39,605 nucleotides of DNA from an uncultured Candidatus Saccharibacteria bacterium (GCA_964600085.1 CAZRHU010000003.1:1-39605); one strand, 5' to 3'. Positions 24,759 through 33,772 are shown, counted from the stretch's first letter. The notes: generated from the sequence alone by a model not told the origin. Program-made: numbers and translations.

Positions 24759-25826
24759 TTATAAAAACCTTATTATATCTTGCCAAGTGACCAAAATCAT
24801 TAAAACTATCAACAAGGCAAAACCGATTGTGTTTATAGTGTTTTCTATGCTTTTCTTGACCGGACTTCCCTTTATTTTCTCAATAAATAAGAATAAGATT
24901 CTTCCTCCGTCCAGAGCTGGAAAAGGAAGGATGTTTAAGATAGCTAAGTTTATAGAGAGAAAAGCTACAAAATTTAATAGATATGTAAATCCTAACCGAA
25001 TTGCATCACCGGTTAGAGTGGCTATACCTACTGGACCAGCTATATGAGAAAGCTCAACTCCCCCGGAAAAGAGCTTGCCCACAAACATAATTATTGCCAA
25101 CGTCATATTTATAGCTATCTTAAAACCATCCCACGGCGCTCTCCACCAGGGTGATGCCTGCTTGCCAATTTTACCCACAAATACGCCGACAGCCCCTTCG
25201 CCTTCAGGGGGATTTTGACGAGGTGTAATATTTAAAGATAAATCTTCACCTCCTCGTCTTACATTTAAAAAAAGCTCTTCTCCCTCGTTTTTCTTTATAA
25301 TATCTCGAAACTGCGATGCTCTATCCATCTCTATAACATTCTCGCCAATGAAAACACTCACCACTTCATCTCCCGCTTTTAGACCAGCTTCAGTAGCTGG
25401 AGTCTCTGGCATAACTTGAATTATTTGGAGAGGAAGATTTTTATAACCCTCTGAAGATTCGTCTAAAAACTTAACCTGCCCCAAACCGCTAACTATAGTC
25501 AGTAAGACCACCGCTAGTAAAAAATTCATTACAACACCCGCTACTAAAACAATAGCTCTCCGACTAATTGACAGAGATCCAAAGCTACCCGGTTTTTTTA
25601 TCTCACTCTCGTCTTCTCCCAGTATCTTTACGAAGCCACCAAAGGGAATTATGTTTATTGAGTACTTTGTCTCTCCTCTGCGCCAACTAAACAATGTGGG
25701 AGGAAAACCAATTCCAAACTCTTCTACCTTCGCTCCTGCTTTTTTAGCGGTCCAAAAATGTCCCAGTTCGTGAACCAGGACCAACACTGATAAAACAATT
25801 ATAAAACCTATAAAAGTTGTCATCAC
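24759..25826 (-). CDS. rseP: RseP/RIP site-2 zinc metalloprotease (the track start at 25826 is GTG; there is an ATG at 25823)
   Basis: HELGHF (HExxH), a PDZ-like middle region (AGLKAGDEVVSV) and LNILPFPALDGG. Confidence 0.9.
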   Translation of the reverse strand: MMTTFIGFIIVLSVLVLVHELGHFWTAKKAGAKVEEFGIGFPPTLFSWRRGETKYSINIIPFGGFVKILGEDESEIKKPGSFGSLSISRRAIVLVAGVVMNFLLAVVLLTIVSGLGQVKFLDESSEGYKNLPLQIIQVMPETPATEAGLKAGDEVVSVFIGENVIEMDRASQFRDIIKKNEGEELFLNVRRGGEDLSLNITPRQNPPEGEGAVGVFVGKIGKQASPWWRAPWDGFKIAINMTLAIIMFVGKLFSGGVELSHIAGPVGIATLTGDAIRLGFTYLLNFVAFLSINLAILNILPFPALDGGRILFLFIEKIKGSPVKKSIENTINTIGFALLIVLMILVTWQDIIRFL

Positions 25827-25877
25827 CGCTTTATTATAACCAATTTTTAACTATTTTACACCTCTTTTTTACTACTA

Positions 25878-25915
25878 TTGACAAGATTGTATCAATATGT
25901 TAATATCAATATAAT
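25878..25915 (+). promoter_or_regulatory. Two overlapping near-consensus sigma70 promoters (TTGACA-17-TAATAT and TTGTAT-17-TATAAT)
   Basis: TTGACA is at 25878-25883 and TAATAT at 25901-25906. TTGTAT is at 25887-25892 and TATAAT at 25910-25915. Confidence 0.6.
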
Positions 25916-25951
25916 CTAAGTTCCTTTTTTTCTTCTTCAAGAGAGGTCTAT

Positions 25952-26227
25952 ATGCGCACCGCTATTCTGCGACCCGTCTTCAAGCGACTGGTCCGTCCAT
26001 TTCGACGTCAACAAAAAAACAGGTCTTCTCAGTCCAGCGTAGCCCGGATCCACTCTCTGGCTCACCCCCCGGATTCTTCAGTCGCTCCCCGCAGGACTGG
26101 CGGATCTCGTCGAGGCAACCTTCCCAAACCAAACGCTTCTAAACAGCGTCGTCGGGACAACCAGAAGATGAAACGGACCCGTCTTCGTCGAGGGCAAAAC
26201 CCTCGCACCGGCCTTCCGAAGAAGTAG
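25952..26227 (+). CDS. 91-aa extremely Arg/Lys-rich ORF in a GC-rich island (could instead be a structured RNA)
   Basis: GAGAGG lies 5 nt upstream of the ATG, and this is the only long ORF across the island. Hand counts give 30/60 G+C for 25981-26040 and 40/60 for 26041-26100. The unit is antiparallel to both neighbouring genes. Confidence 0.35.
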   Translation: MRTAILRPVFKRLVRPFRRQQKNRSSQSSVARIHSLAHPPDSSVAPRRTGGSRRGNLPKPNASKQRRRDNQKMKRTRLRRGQNPRTGLPKK

Positions 26228-26236
26228 TCACAATAG

Positions 26237-26280
26237 AGAGCCCTGGAAGTAATAAAACACTTCTAGGGCTCTTTTCGTCT
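26237..26280 (+). terminator. Intrinsic terminator of the GC-rich plus-strand unit
   Basis: 14-bp stem AGAGCCCTGGAAGT (26237-26250) / ACTTCTAGGGCTCT (26259-26272), with one G-U pair. It is followed by TTTCGTCT. Confidence 0.65.
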
Positions 26281-26290
26281 GTGTAAAAAA

Positions 26291-26875
26291 TCAAATTGTG
26301 GATAGTTCTTTTTCTTTAGCGGAAACCACCTCGTTTATTGCGTTGTCGTAGTCCTTAAAAAGTTTTTCCAACCTTTCCTTAGCTCTAAAAAAATCGTCTT
26401 CGCCAATATCACCCTTGTCTTTTTGGTTTTTCAGCTCTTTCATCTCATCGTCTCTTAACTGTCTCAGTTGCACTCTTGTTTCTTCTGCTTTCTTATTAGT
26501 AAATTTAATAAACTCCTCTCTTCTCTCTTCTGATAAAGGAGGAAAAGGAATTCTCACCTTATCTCCATCAACTACTGCCTGAAGGCCATTCTGACTCTTA
26601 GTTATAGCAGAGGATATCGGCTCTAGAGCTTTCTTGTCCCACGGACTCACTGTTAGGGTCTGGGGACCGAGGGAAGATATAGATCCCAAAGATTTTACCG
26701 GTTGCTTTACCCCAAAATAATCAACCATAATCTCCTCAATAATAGAAGGATTGGCACGGCCGGTCCTAATCTTTCGCAACTCTTTTTTTAAGTTATCTAA
26801 CCTTTCATTTATACTTTTTTCTACTTCTGGAAAACTTTTACTCATATTTTTAAAATTTATCTTTTTATAATACAA
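26291..26875 (-). CDS. frr: Ribosome recycling factor (probable start at the ATG at 26845)
   Basis: LRKIRTGRANPSIIEEIMVDYFG, RIPFPPLSEERREE and a C-terminal helical region, all typical of RRF. Confidence 0.9.
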   Translation of the reverse strand: MYYKKINFKNMSKSFPEVEKSINERLDNLKKELRKIRTGRANPSIIEEIMVDYFGVKQPVKSLGSISSLGPQTLTVSPWDKKALEPISSAITKSQNGLQAVVDGDKVRIPFPPLSEERREEFIKFTNKKAEETRVQLRQLRDDEMKELKNQKDKGDIGEDDFFRAKERLEKLFKDYDNAINEVVSAKEKELSTI

Positions 26876-26884
26876 ATAATAACA

Positions 26885-27754
26885 TTAAAGAAAGAGATTT
26901 TCTAACCAAAGTCTTTTATTTACATTCGTAAAACTTAAAATTTCTCTTGTTTCTTTTATTTTCTTAATTAAATTTTTATAAAAATCTGCTCTATCTGAGT
27001 TTTCTAACATTTTAAGTCTTGAGGCCAACAACCAACTTTCTAAAATTTCTTCTAAAGATTCTTCTTTCAATATTTCTTGAATTAGGTTGAATTTTTGCGT
27101 TAAGGATGCGTCTAGGATTTTAAAGAATAAGTTAAAATTTTTCTTCGACTCTTCTACTAACTTATTCTCTGGATTTTTATTATACAAGATCATAAGTTCA
27201 GATCTGCCCGCTAACCAAGATAAATCTTCTTCAACTACTTTAAAGCCTCTTTCTTGAGCAAGTTTTTTCATCTCTTTCTTATTAAGGGGTTGGAACTTTA
27301 AAACCACTGAACGAGAAGTGATCGTCTTCGGCAAAGAAGCACTCCTGCTGGTTAAGAGTATAATAATAGTATCTGTCTTTGGTTCCTCTAAAATTTTTAA
27401 AATAGAATTCGACGCTTCTTTAGACATTAGATGAGCATCTTTAATCAAGACCAGTTTCCTGCTTAATTCAACAGAACTTAAGCTTATAAATTTTTTTAAT
27501 CTTCGAGTCTGTTCTATTGATATATTTCTTTTTTCTTCTTTTAAACTAACTTCTAAAACATCGGGGTGTCGTTCTTTGTTCTCTGCTTCCGGGCTCATCT
27601 TCCAAAAGAAAGAACAGGCAACCTTTTCTTTTCCTATGTGCTTTGGCCCAGAAAAGATAAATGTATTGGGAATTTTATTATTCTTTAAAAGACCATTTAG
27701 ATACTTGATTTGTTTTTTATGTCCAGTCATATCAACTTTATCTATTTTTAGCAA
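26885..27754 (-). CDS. holB: DNA polymerase III delta' subunit
   Basis: AAA+ clamp-loader layout: FIFSGPKHIGK, LIKDAHLMSKEASNSILKILEEP and TSRS. The protein is 289 aa. Confidence 0.7.
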   Translation of the reverse strand: MLKIDKVDMTGHKKQIKYLNGLLKNNKIPNTFIFSGPKHIGKEKVACSFFWKMSPEAENKERHPDVLEVSLKEEKRNISIEQTRRLKKFISLSSVELSRKLVLIKDAHLMSKEASNSILKILEEPKTDTIIILLTSRSASLPKTITSRSVVLKFQPLNKKEMKKLAQERGFKVVEEDLSWLAGRSELMILYNKNPENKLVEESKKNFNLFFKILDASLTQKFNLIQEILKEESLEEILESWLLASRLKMLENSDRADFYKNLIKKIKETREILSFTNVNKRLWLENLFL

Positions 27755-28745
27755 AAAGAGCTCTTTTATATAACTTTAGATTCTCTAAAGCTATACCCGC
27801 TCCTTTAACAACACAAATTAAAGGATTATCAGCCACATAACAAGGAACACCTGTTTCTTGAGTAATTAGTTTGTCTATTCCCTCAAGAAGGGCTGTCCCC
27901 CCGGCTAAAACCATACCCTTATCCATAATATCAGCCGATAGTTCCGGCGGTGTTTCTTGTAAAACTTTTTTTATTGTCTTTATAATTTCTAACATTATCT
28001 CTTCTATAGCTTTAGGAATTTCATTGGAGTGAAGTTCTATATTTTTTGGAAGACCGGCAACTAAATCTCTTCCTCTAATCTCTAGAACACTCTCTTCTTT
28101 CTCTTTTACAGCAGAACCAATAGCTATTTTAATCTCTTCAGCTGTTCTCTGGCCGACTGCTAAATTGTGTTCTTTATGAATATAATTTTGGATAGCGCCA
28201 TCTATCTTTCTTCCACCAACTCTGCTAGAAGCCCAGGCTACTATACCGCCTAAAGATATAACAGCCACTTCAGTTGTTCCTCCTCCGATATCTATAATCA
28301 TATGGCCCGAGGGCTCATTTATAGGTACTCCGGCCCCTATAGCCGCTAAAACCGGCTCTTTGGCTACATAAACAGCCTTTGAGCCGGCTTTCATAACCGC
28401 CTCAACCACTGCTCTATGCTCTGTAGAGGTAATTCCGGCAGGAACAGACACCATCACCTCTGGCCTCAAAATTCTTATCTTACCCATAGCTTTCTTAATA
28501 AAGTACCTGATTAAAGCTTCTGTTACTCTGTAATCGGCTATAACACCCTCTTTTATGGGTTCTACGGCGGCAATGCTTTCCGGAGTTCTTCCTATCATCT
28601 CTCGAGCATCTTCTCCAACGGCAACAACCTTATTATCATCCAAACTCACAGCCACCACAGAAGGTTCATTTATTACAATTCCCTTTTGAGGTATAAAAAC
28701 CAGGGTATTAACTGTTCCTAAATCTATGCCTATTTTTCTAACCAT
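27738..28745 (-). CDS. Second MreB/Mbl-type actin homologue
   Basis: Contains IDLGTVNTLVF, IIDIGGGTTEVAV and VLAGGTALL. It overlaps the holB start by 17 nt. Confidence 0.88.
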   Translation of the reverse strand: MVRKIGIDLGTVNTLVFIPQKGIVINEPSVVAVSLDDNKVVAVGEDAREMIGRTPESIAAVEPIKEGVIADYRVTEALIRYFIKKAMGKIRILRPEVMVSVPAGITSTEHRAVVEAVMKAGSKAVYVAKEPVLAAIGAGVPINEPSGHMIIDIGGGTTEVAVISLGGIVAWASSRVGGRKIDGAIQNYIHKEHNLAVGQRTAEEIKIAIGSAVKEKEESVLEIRGRDLVAGLPKNIELHSNEIPKAIEEIMLEIIKTIKKVLQETPPELSADIMDKGMVLAGGTALLEGIDKLITQETGVPCYVADNPLICVVKGAGIALENLKLYKRALFAKNR

Positions 28746-28866
28746 ATTTTTAACTTTTAGTTTTGTGCTTTATCATAGCATTTTTATGGTCTTTTTCAAT
28801 AATTATTAATTTTCTTTTTTTTGTGCTTTAATATTTGTAAAAGATTAAATTTAAATAAAAAACGAA

Positions 28867-30150
28867 GTGACTAAAAGAAAAAGAAGATTATTTTTTTGGA
28901 TAGCGGTAGCTATCTTTGTTTTGGTGGCTCCCTTGATAATAAGTTATGCAGGAGGTTATCGTTACGATTTTCAAAAAAATGAGATAACTCAAACAGGAGC
29001 TATTGTTATAGATTCTAAACCAGAGAAAGCAAAAATAATATTAAACGAGAAAGAGTTAAAAAAGGAAACCCCTGGAGCTATAAAAGGACTCTTTCCATCT
29101 AGAAACTATGAGGTGTCTCTTCAAAAAGATGGTTATCAGTCGTGGCAAAAAGTTTTAAGCGTGGAACCTGAAAAAATTGTCTCGCTTGATAATATATTTT
29201 TGTTTCCTAAAGAATTGTCGCCAAGACCGATAATAGAAAACAGGAGATTATCTTTTTTTTCAATTTCACCAGAAGAAAAACTTGTACTTTTTATAGATGA
29301 AGCTGAACAAATTAACATCTTTAAGAAAGAAGAGAACACCATAATTCCCATAGAGTTTAATGATTTTATAAAAACTACTTCTCTAGATAATGTTTTATGG
29401 TCTAAAAATTTACTCGTATTCTCACGCAAAACAAAAATTGGAAATTTTTGGTATCTCTTCAACACTTCTCAAAAAAGACTGGTTAATCTGACTTCTCTTT
29501 ACGAGAGAGATCTTATTTTGAGAACCTCATCTACTAAACCTCTTTCAAGCATCTTTAATCCGGAAGAGGTGAAGTTTATAGAAGAAGATAAAACTCTACT
29601 CTTTAGAAACGGGGAAAATATTATATCTTTAAATATTGAAGATAGAAAGATGAACTTGATTTTAGATGAGGCGCCTATAGCAATAGAAGTTGAGGATAAT
29701 AACTTTTTTACAGTAGATAAAAAGTTAAAATTAAAAAAATACAATCTAGAAGGCTCTATTTTAGAAGAGTGGCCAAATTTAAAATTTACACCTAAAAAAA
29801 TGAGAATATCTCCGGACGGCAAGAAGATGCTTTATTTTCATAACTACGCTGTGGGAGTCCTGTGGTTTAAAGATGTTAAGGGAGGAGAAGAAAGAAAGAA
29901 AGGCGAGACAGATCTAATTTTTCAATCGCCAAAACTAATAAAGAATGTTTGGTGGCACTACTCTTCAGAGTATTTAATAGTGAATAACAGTGAATTAATG
30001 AGCGTTGAAATAGATGGAAGAGGAGGTGTTTACAATAAAGCAAAGTGGCTTAAGAAAGATATAATTCAAATTATCTATAATTCAGACAAAAAAAGTATTT
30101 GGCTTCTAAAAAAAGATGGCACTCTCTGGCGCCATCTTGAAAAATACTAA
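28867..30150 (+). CDS. Bitopic PEGA-domain protein with a beta-rich C-terminal region (GTG start)
   Basis: TM helix followed by a PEGA-like block (IDSKPEKAKIILNEKELKKETPGAIKGL...YEVSLQKDGYQSW). A TolB/propeller-like ISPDGKKMLYF motif lies further downstream. Confidence 0.5.
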   Translation: MTKRKRRLFFWIAVAIFVLVAPLIISYAGGYRYDFQKNEITQTGAIVIDSKPEKAKIILNEKELKKETPGAIKGLFPSRNYEVSLQKDGYQSWQKVLSVEPEKIVSLDNIFLFPKELSPRPIIENRRLSFFSISPEEKLVLFIDEAEQINIFKKEENTIIPIEFNDFIKTTSLDNVLWSKNLLVFSRKTKIGNFWYLFNTSQKRLVNLTSLYERDLILRTSSTKPLSSIFNPEEVKFIEEDKTLLFRNGENIISLNIEDRKMNLILDEAPIAIEVEDNNFFTVDKKLKLKKYNLEGSILEEWPNLKFTPKKMRISPDGKKMLYFHNYAVGVLWFKDVKGGEERKKGETDLIFQSPKLIKNVWWHYSSEYLIVNNSELMSVEIDGRGGVYNKAKWLKKDIIQIIYNSDKKSIWLLKKDGTLWRHLEKY

Positions 30151-30167
30151 AGAAAACCGATAAACCT

Positions 30168-30593
30168 TTATCTTTTTTTCCACTGTGGAGCGCGTCGGGC
30201 TTTCTTGAGACCATACTTCTTTCTCTCTTTAACCCTGGCATCGCGAGTAAGAAATCCTACTCTCTTCAACTTTTTTCTAAAATTAATATCAAAATCAACA
30301 AGAGCTCGGGCTAAACCTAACCTAACAGCTTCAGCTTGGCCTGTTGGACCTCCGCCCTTAACAACAACGCTTATTTGGAATTTATTGAGAGCTTTCAACT
30401 TGTCTAAGGGTGAGAGAGCAATACTTCTATATTCAGGTAGAAAATAATCTTTCGCTTTTTTTTTATTCACAAGAAAATCGCTTTTTTCTAAAGATTTTTC
30501 CGGAGAGACAGTATATAAGCGAACACGAGCAACGGCGCTCTTTCGCCTTCCTACCCCCTCTATATATTCTTCTTTTGTTTTTTTATCTTTCAT
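30168..30593 (-). CDS. rpsI: 30S ribosomal protein S9
   Basis: Contains GGGPTGQAEAVRLGLARAL and the C-terminal end RDARVKERKKYGLKKARRAPQWKKR. Confidence 0.95.
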   Translation of the reverse strand: MKDKKTKEEYIEGVGRRKSAVARVRLYTVSPEKSLEKSDFLVNKKKAKDYFLPEYRSIALSPLDKLKALNKFQISVVVKGGGPTGQAEAVRLGLARALVDFDINFRKKLKRVGFLTRDARVKERKKYGLKKARRAPQWKKR

Positions 30594-30603
30594 ATCTATT
30601 TAC

Positions 30604-30981
30604 CTAATCAATGTCTTTTCTATAGAGAATTAAATTTTTCATAAAAACATTTCTTAGTTTGTTTTTTGGCAACATGCCATGAACAGACCTTCGCAGAACC
30701 TCCCTGGAATCTTCTATTATTAAATTTTTTAATTTCTGCTCTTTTATTCCCCCGGGATAACCAGAGTGTTTATAGTAAATCTTATTATTTATTTTATTGC
30801 CGGTTATTTTTAATAAATCAGTATTAAAAACAACTACCTCTAATTCTGGTGACTTATTAGGAGCAAAGCTGGTAGTATTCTTTCCTCTTAGGGTGTTGGC
30901 TATCTCTGTAGAAATTCTACCTAAAACCTTGCCTTTAGCGTCTATTTTTATTTTTTTCTTTTCTTTCTTTGTATCTTTCAT
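30604..30981 (-). CDS. rplM: 50S ribosomal protein L13
   Basis: IDAKGKVLGRISTEIANTLRGK and YYKHSGYPGG, in rplM-rpsI synteny. Confidence 0.93.
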   Translation of the reverse strand: MKDTKKEKKKIKIDAKGKVLGRISTEIANTLRGKNTTSFAPNKSPELEVVVFNTDLLKITGNKINNKIYYKHSGYPGGIKEQKLKNLIIEDSREVLRRSVHGMLPKNKLRNVFMKNLILYRKDID

Positions 30982-31003
30982 AATCTTATATCAGGACATA
31001 AAG

Positions 31004-31354
31004 TTAAACAAATTCAACAATAACCATTGGGGCGCTATCTCCTCTTCTCTCACCCAATCTTATTATTCGTGTGTATCCGCCCGGTCTATCCTTGTACCGA
31101 GGAGCTATCTCATCAACCAGTTTTTTGACTGACTCTTTAGGAAGTTTTTTAGACAAAATCCTTCTTGAAGTAACATCGTTATTTCGAGCTCTGGTTACCA
31201 GAGGAGCTATATAGCGAGCCAACTCTTTCCCTTTTGCTTCAGTGGTTTTTACTTTTTCATTATCAATCAGAGCAACTACAAGACTTTTCAGAAGCCCTTT
31301 TCTAACTTTCTTAACCCTTCCTAAACTTCTTCCTTTTTTTATCTGGTGTCTCAT
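31004..31354 (-). CDS. rplQ: 50S ribosomal protein L17
   Basis: MRHQIKKGRSLGR and GGYTRI, directly downstream of rpoA. Confidence 0.93.
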   Translation of the reverse strand: MRHQIKKGRSLGRVKKVRKGLLKSLVVALIDNEKVKTTEAKGKELARYIAPLVTRARNNDVTSRRILSKKLPKESVKKLVDEIAPRYKDRPGGYTRIIRLGERRGDSAPMVIVEFV

Positions 31355-31365
31355 TTGGTATTCTT

Positions 31366-32058
31366 CTACTCTAGATCTTTTAAAATTTTTATATGCTCTT
31401 CTAGTATTTCCGTCGCTTTTTTATAGGCCTCTTCTGGCGATATTGACCCATCCGTCTCTACTTCTAGAATAAGTTTATTAAAATCTGTCCTCTCGCCTAC
31501 ACGCATATTCTCAACAGTAAAGTTAGCTCTCTTGACGGGCGTGAAGACAGCGTCAAGAGCTATTCTGCCTATCGGTAATTTTTCTTTCTTGCGCCTCTCT
31601 ACTGGTTCATATCCAAGACCGGGACTCACTTCTGCTTCTAACTCAAATTTTGCTTTTTTGTCAGTTAAAGTGGCGATTAATTGGTCTGGAGTTATTATTT
31701 CAACATTTGAAGTGGTTTCAAAATCTTTTGCTTTTACCTCTTTTTCGCCCTCTGTTTTTATTTTTATAATCTCCGGCTTGTCGCTATAAAATTTAAACCC
31801 AACTTGCTTTAAATTTAAAAGAATATTAATAACATCTTCTTTGATATTAGGAAAGGTTGTAAACTCGTGATCGGCGCCCTCAATCTTAACAGAGGTAATA
31901 GCAGCACCAGGAAGCGAAGATAAAAGAACTCTTCTTAAGGTATTGCCTATGGTCGTACCATAGCCGGGATAGAGAGAGCCAATCTCTATAACAGCAGTGT
32001 TTTCTTCTTTTTTATTAATTTTTGGTTTTGTGGGCAGTGAAACAGTTTTCATAGTCAA
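31366..32058 (-). CDS. rpoA: DNA-directed RNA polymerase alpha subunit, N-terminal domain only (ATG at 32052 is the likely start)
   Basis: GYGTTIGNTLRRVLLSSLPGAAITSVKIEG and the remainder of the alpha-NTD are present. The ORF stops at ...ILKDLE, where the NTD-CTD linker normally begins. rplQ follows 11 nt later. Confidence 0.88.
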   Translation of the reverse strand: MTMKTVSLPTKPKINKKEENTAVIEIGSLYPGYGTTIGNTLRRVLLSSLPGAAITSVKIEGADHEFTTFPNIKEDVINILLNLKQVGFKFYSDKPEIIKIKTEGEKEVKAKDFETTSNVEIITPDQLIATLTDKKAKFELEAEVSPGLGYEPVERRKKEKLPIGRIALDAVFTPVKRANFTVENMRVGERTDFNKLILEVETDGSISPEEAYKKATEILEEHIKILKDLE

Positions 32059-32172
32059 TTATTATTTTGTGAGCATTGATCTTTAGATGCTCCGTTAATA
32101 CTAATACGTTCTACTCTTTTAAAATATTTTTTTTAATTAGAAGTGTTAATACCACGAATATTTAACCTACTA

Positions 32173-32772
32173 TTATCTTGAGTAGAATTCAACAACCTGA
32201 GCCACTTCAACAGGAATATCGGCTAAATCTTCTTTAGACGGCTCTGCCTTCATCTTGCCGGAAAAAGTTTTCTTATTAAGTTCTAACCAAACAGGAGTAT
32301 CATATTTTTTCAATCTTATATCTAGCTCTTTAAATATATCTTTTTCCCTACTCCCCTCTCTTATTGTAATCTCATCACCAACTTCAACCTTATATGAAGG
32401 AATGGTTATTTTTCTACTATTTACTTTAAAGTGTCCGTGACCAACCATCTGTCTGGCCTGAGTTCTGTTTGTAGCTAGACCTAGTCTAAAGACGACATTA
32501 TCTAACCTTCTCTCTAAAAGAGAAAGAAGCTCTTGTCCCGTTCTTCCTTTTTTCTTGGAGGCTTGAGCGAAATATTTTCTAAATTGTTTTTCTCTAACAC
32601 CGTAAATTAATTTTATTTTTTGCTTCTCTATTAATTGGTATCCGAATTCAGATATTCTTTTTCTTCTCTTACCTCTTGGGCCGGGTGGATAAGGTTTACG
32701 TTTGATAGCACAATTATCACGTCCGCAAACGCTCTGGCCAAGTCTTCTACATTTTTTACAAGTTAACTTCAT
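32173..32772 (-). CDS. rpsD: 30S ribosomal protein S4 (zinc-ribbon type)
   Basis: N-terminus CKKCRRLGQSVCGRDNCAIKRKPYPPG, an S4 RNA-binding domain (RLDNVVFRLGLA.TR.QARQ...HGH) and alpha-operon synteny. Confidence 0.93.
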   Translation of the reverse strand: MKLTCKKCRRLGQSVCGRDNCAIKRKPYPPGPRGKRRKRISEFGYQLIEKQKIKLIYGVREKQFRKYFAQASKKKGRTGQELLSLLERRLDNVVFRLGLATNRTQARQMVGHGHFKVNSRKITIPSYKVEVGDEITIREGSREKDIFKELDIRLKKYDTPVWLELNKKTFSGKMKAEPSKEDLADIPVEVAQVVEFYSR

Positions 32773-32855
32773 TGTCTATCTTTTATCTCTTTTATTATCA
32801 ATGCTCTGTATATTTTATTGGGAAGATTAAGATTAATTAGAGAGTCGGGATTAGA
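32773..32855 (-). repeat. rpsK-rpsD spacer, paralogous to the infA-rpmJ spacer (33887-33996)
   Basis: Shared minus-strand blocks are TCTAATCC..TCTAATTAATC.TAAT...AATAAAATA and GATAATAAA..AGATAAA.GATAGA.A-ATG. Confidence 0.7.
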
Positions 32856-33284
32856 TTAAACTCTTCTGGGCTTTGGTGGTCTAGGACCATTATGAGGAAC
32901 CGGTGTCAGATCTTTAATAGAGTTTATGGAAAGCCCTTGAGAAGGAAGTGAACGAATAGCGGACTCTCTCCCTGAACCAATTCCTTTCACATAAACATCA
33001 ACCTTTTTAAGTCCCATTTTATTTATATAATCACTAAGCGATTCTGAAACTTTCGTGGCTGCGAAAGGAGTTGCCTTCTTAGGCCCTTTAAACCCTAAAG
33101 ATCCGGCTGAAGAAGATACTATAACATCACCTTTTTCATTAGTGATAGTCATAATAGTGTTGTTATAGGTCGCTCTAATATAAACCCTGCCCTTTTGTAT
33201 TTTAGGCAGTTTTTTTGTTTTTTTAACCTGCTTCCCCCCTTTTTTTGTATCAGCTTGTTTTTTTACTACTCTTTTTTTGCCCAT
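32856..33284 (-). CDS. rpsK: 30S ribosomal protein S11
   Basis: YIRATYNNTIMTITNEKGDVI and GSGRESAIR, preceded by a basic N-terminal extension. Confidence 0.93.
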   Translation of the reverse strand: MGKKRVVKKQADTKKGGKQVKKTKKLPKIQKGRVYIRATYNNTIMTITNEKGDVIVSSSAGSLGFKGPKKATPFAATKVSESLSDYINKMGLKKVDVYVKGIGSGRESAIRSLPSQGLSINSIKDLTPVPHNGPRPPKPRRV

Positions 33285-33332
33285 TATTCGCTTCGCTCTA
33301 ATTTCTAATTTTTAATTTCTCATTCAAAAACA

Positions 33333-33719
33333 TTATGTTTTTGACGCTGTTGGTTTGCGACCAGATCCCATTGTCTGTCTTTTATTTCCTCTCACAGTTC
33401 TGTTATTAGTTCTGGTTTGCTGACCTCTTACAGGTAAACCTCTGATGTGTCTCAAGCCCTGATAAGCTTTAATCTCTTTCTTTCTTTTTATATTATCTCT
33501 CTTTTCTCTCTTTAAGTCTCCTTCAATTGTAAAGTTTTTTTCTATATAATCCTTTATTTTATTTAATTCTTCGGCAGTTAAGTCTTTAGCCTTTTTAGAG
33601 AAGTCAATCTTAGTGCTCTCTAAAATTTTTTGAGAGAGATCCTTCCCAATACCAAAAACATAAGTGAGGGCAATCACCGTTCTTTTTTCATCTGGAATGT
33701 TTACACCTAATAATCTCAT
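33333..33719 (-). CDS. rpsM: 30S ribosomal protein S13
   Basis: MRLLGVNIPDEKRTVIALTYVFGIG and RGLPVRGQQTRTNNRT. Confidence 0.93.
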   Translation of the reverse strand: MRLLGVNIPDEKRTVIALTYVFGIGKDLSQKILESTKIDFSKKAKDLTAEELNKIKDYIEKNFTIEGDLKREKRDNIKRKKEIKAYQGLRHIRGLPVRGQQTRTNNRTVRGNKRQTMGSGRKPTASKT

Positions 33720-33772
33720 ATTTGGTTAAAAGAAAGTAAATAATCTGGCCCATTACATCTATATACGCTGGG

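Noticed and set aside
25940-26235. The GC-rich island as RNase P RNA, tmRNA, SRP RNA or 6S RNA
   Set aside because: I looked on both strands for the following:
- GAGGAAAGUCC and ACAGAAnCCGGCUUA (RNase P)
- a tRNA-like GGUUCGA...CCACCA end and a tag reading frame (tmRNA)
- the GGAAGCAGCC domain IV motif (SRP)

None is present. This is not a substitute for a covariance-model search.
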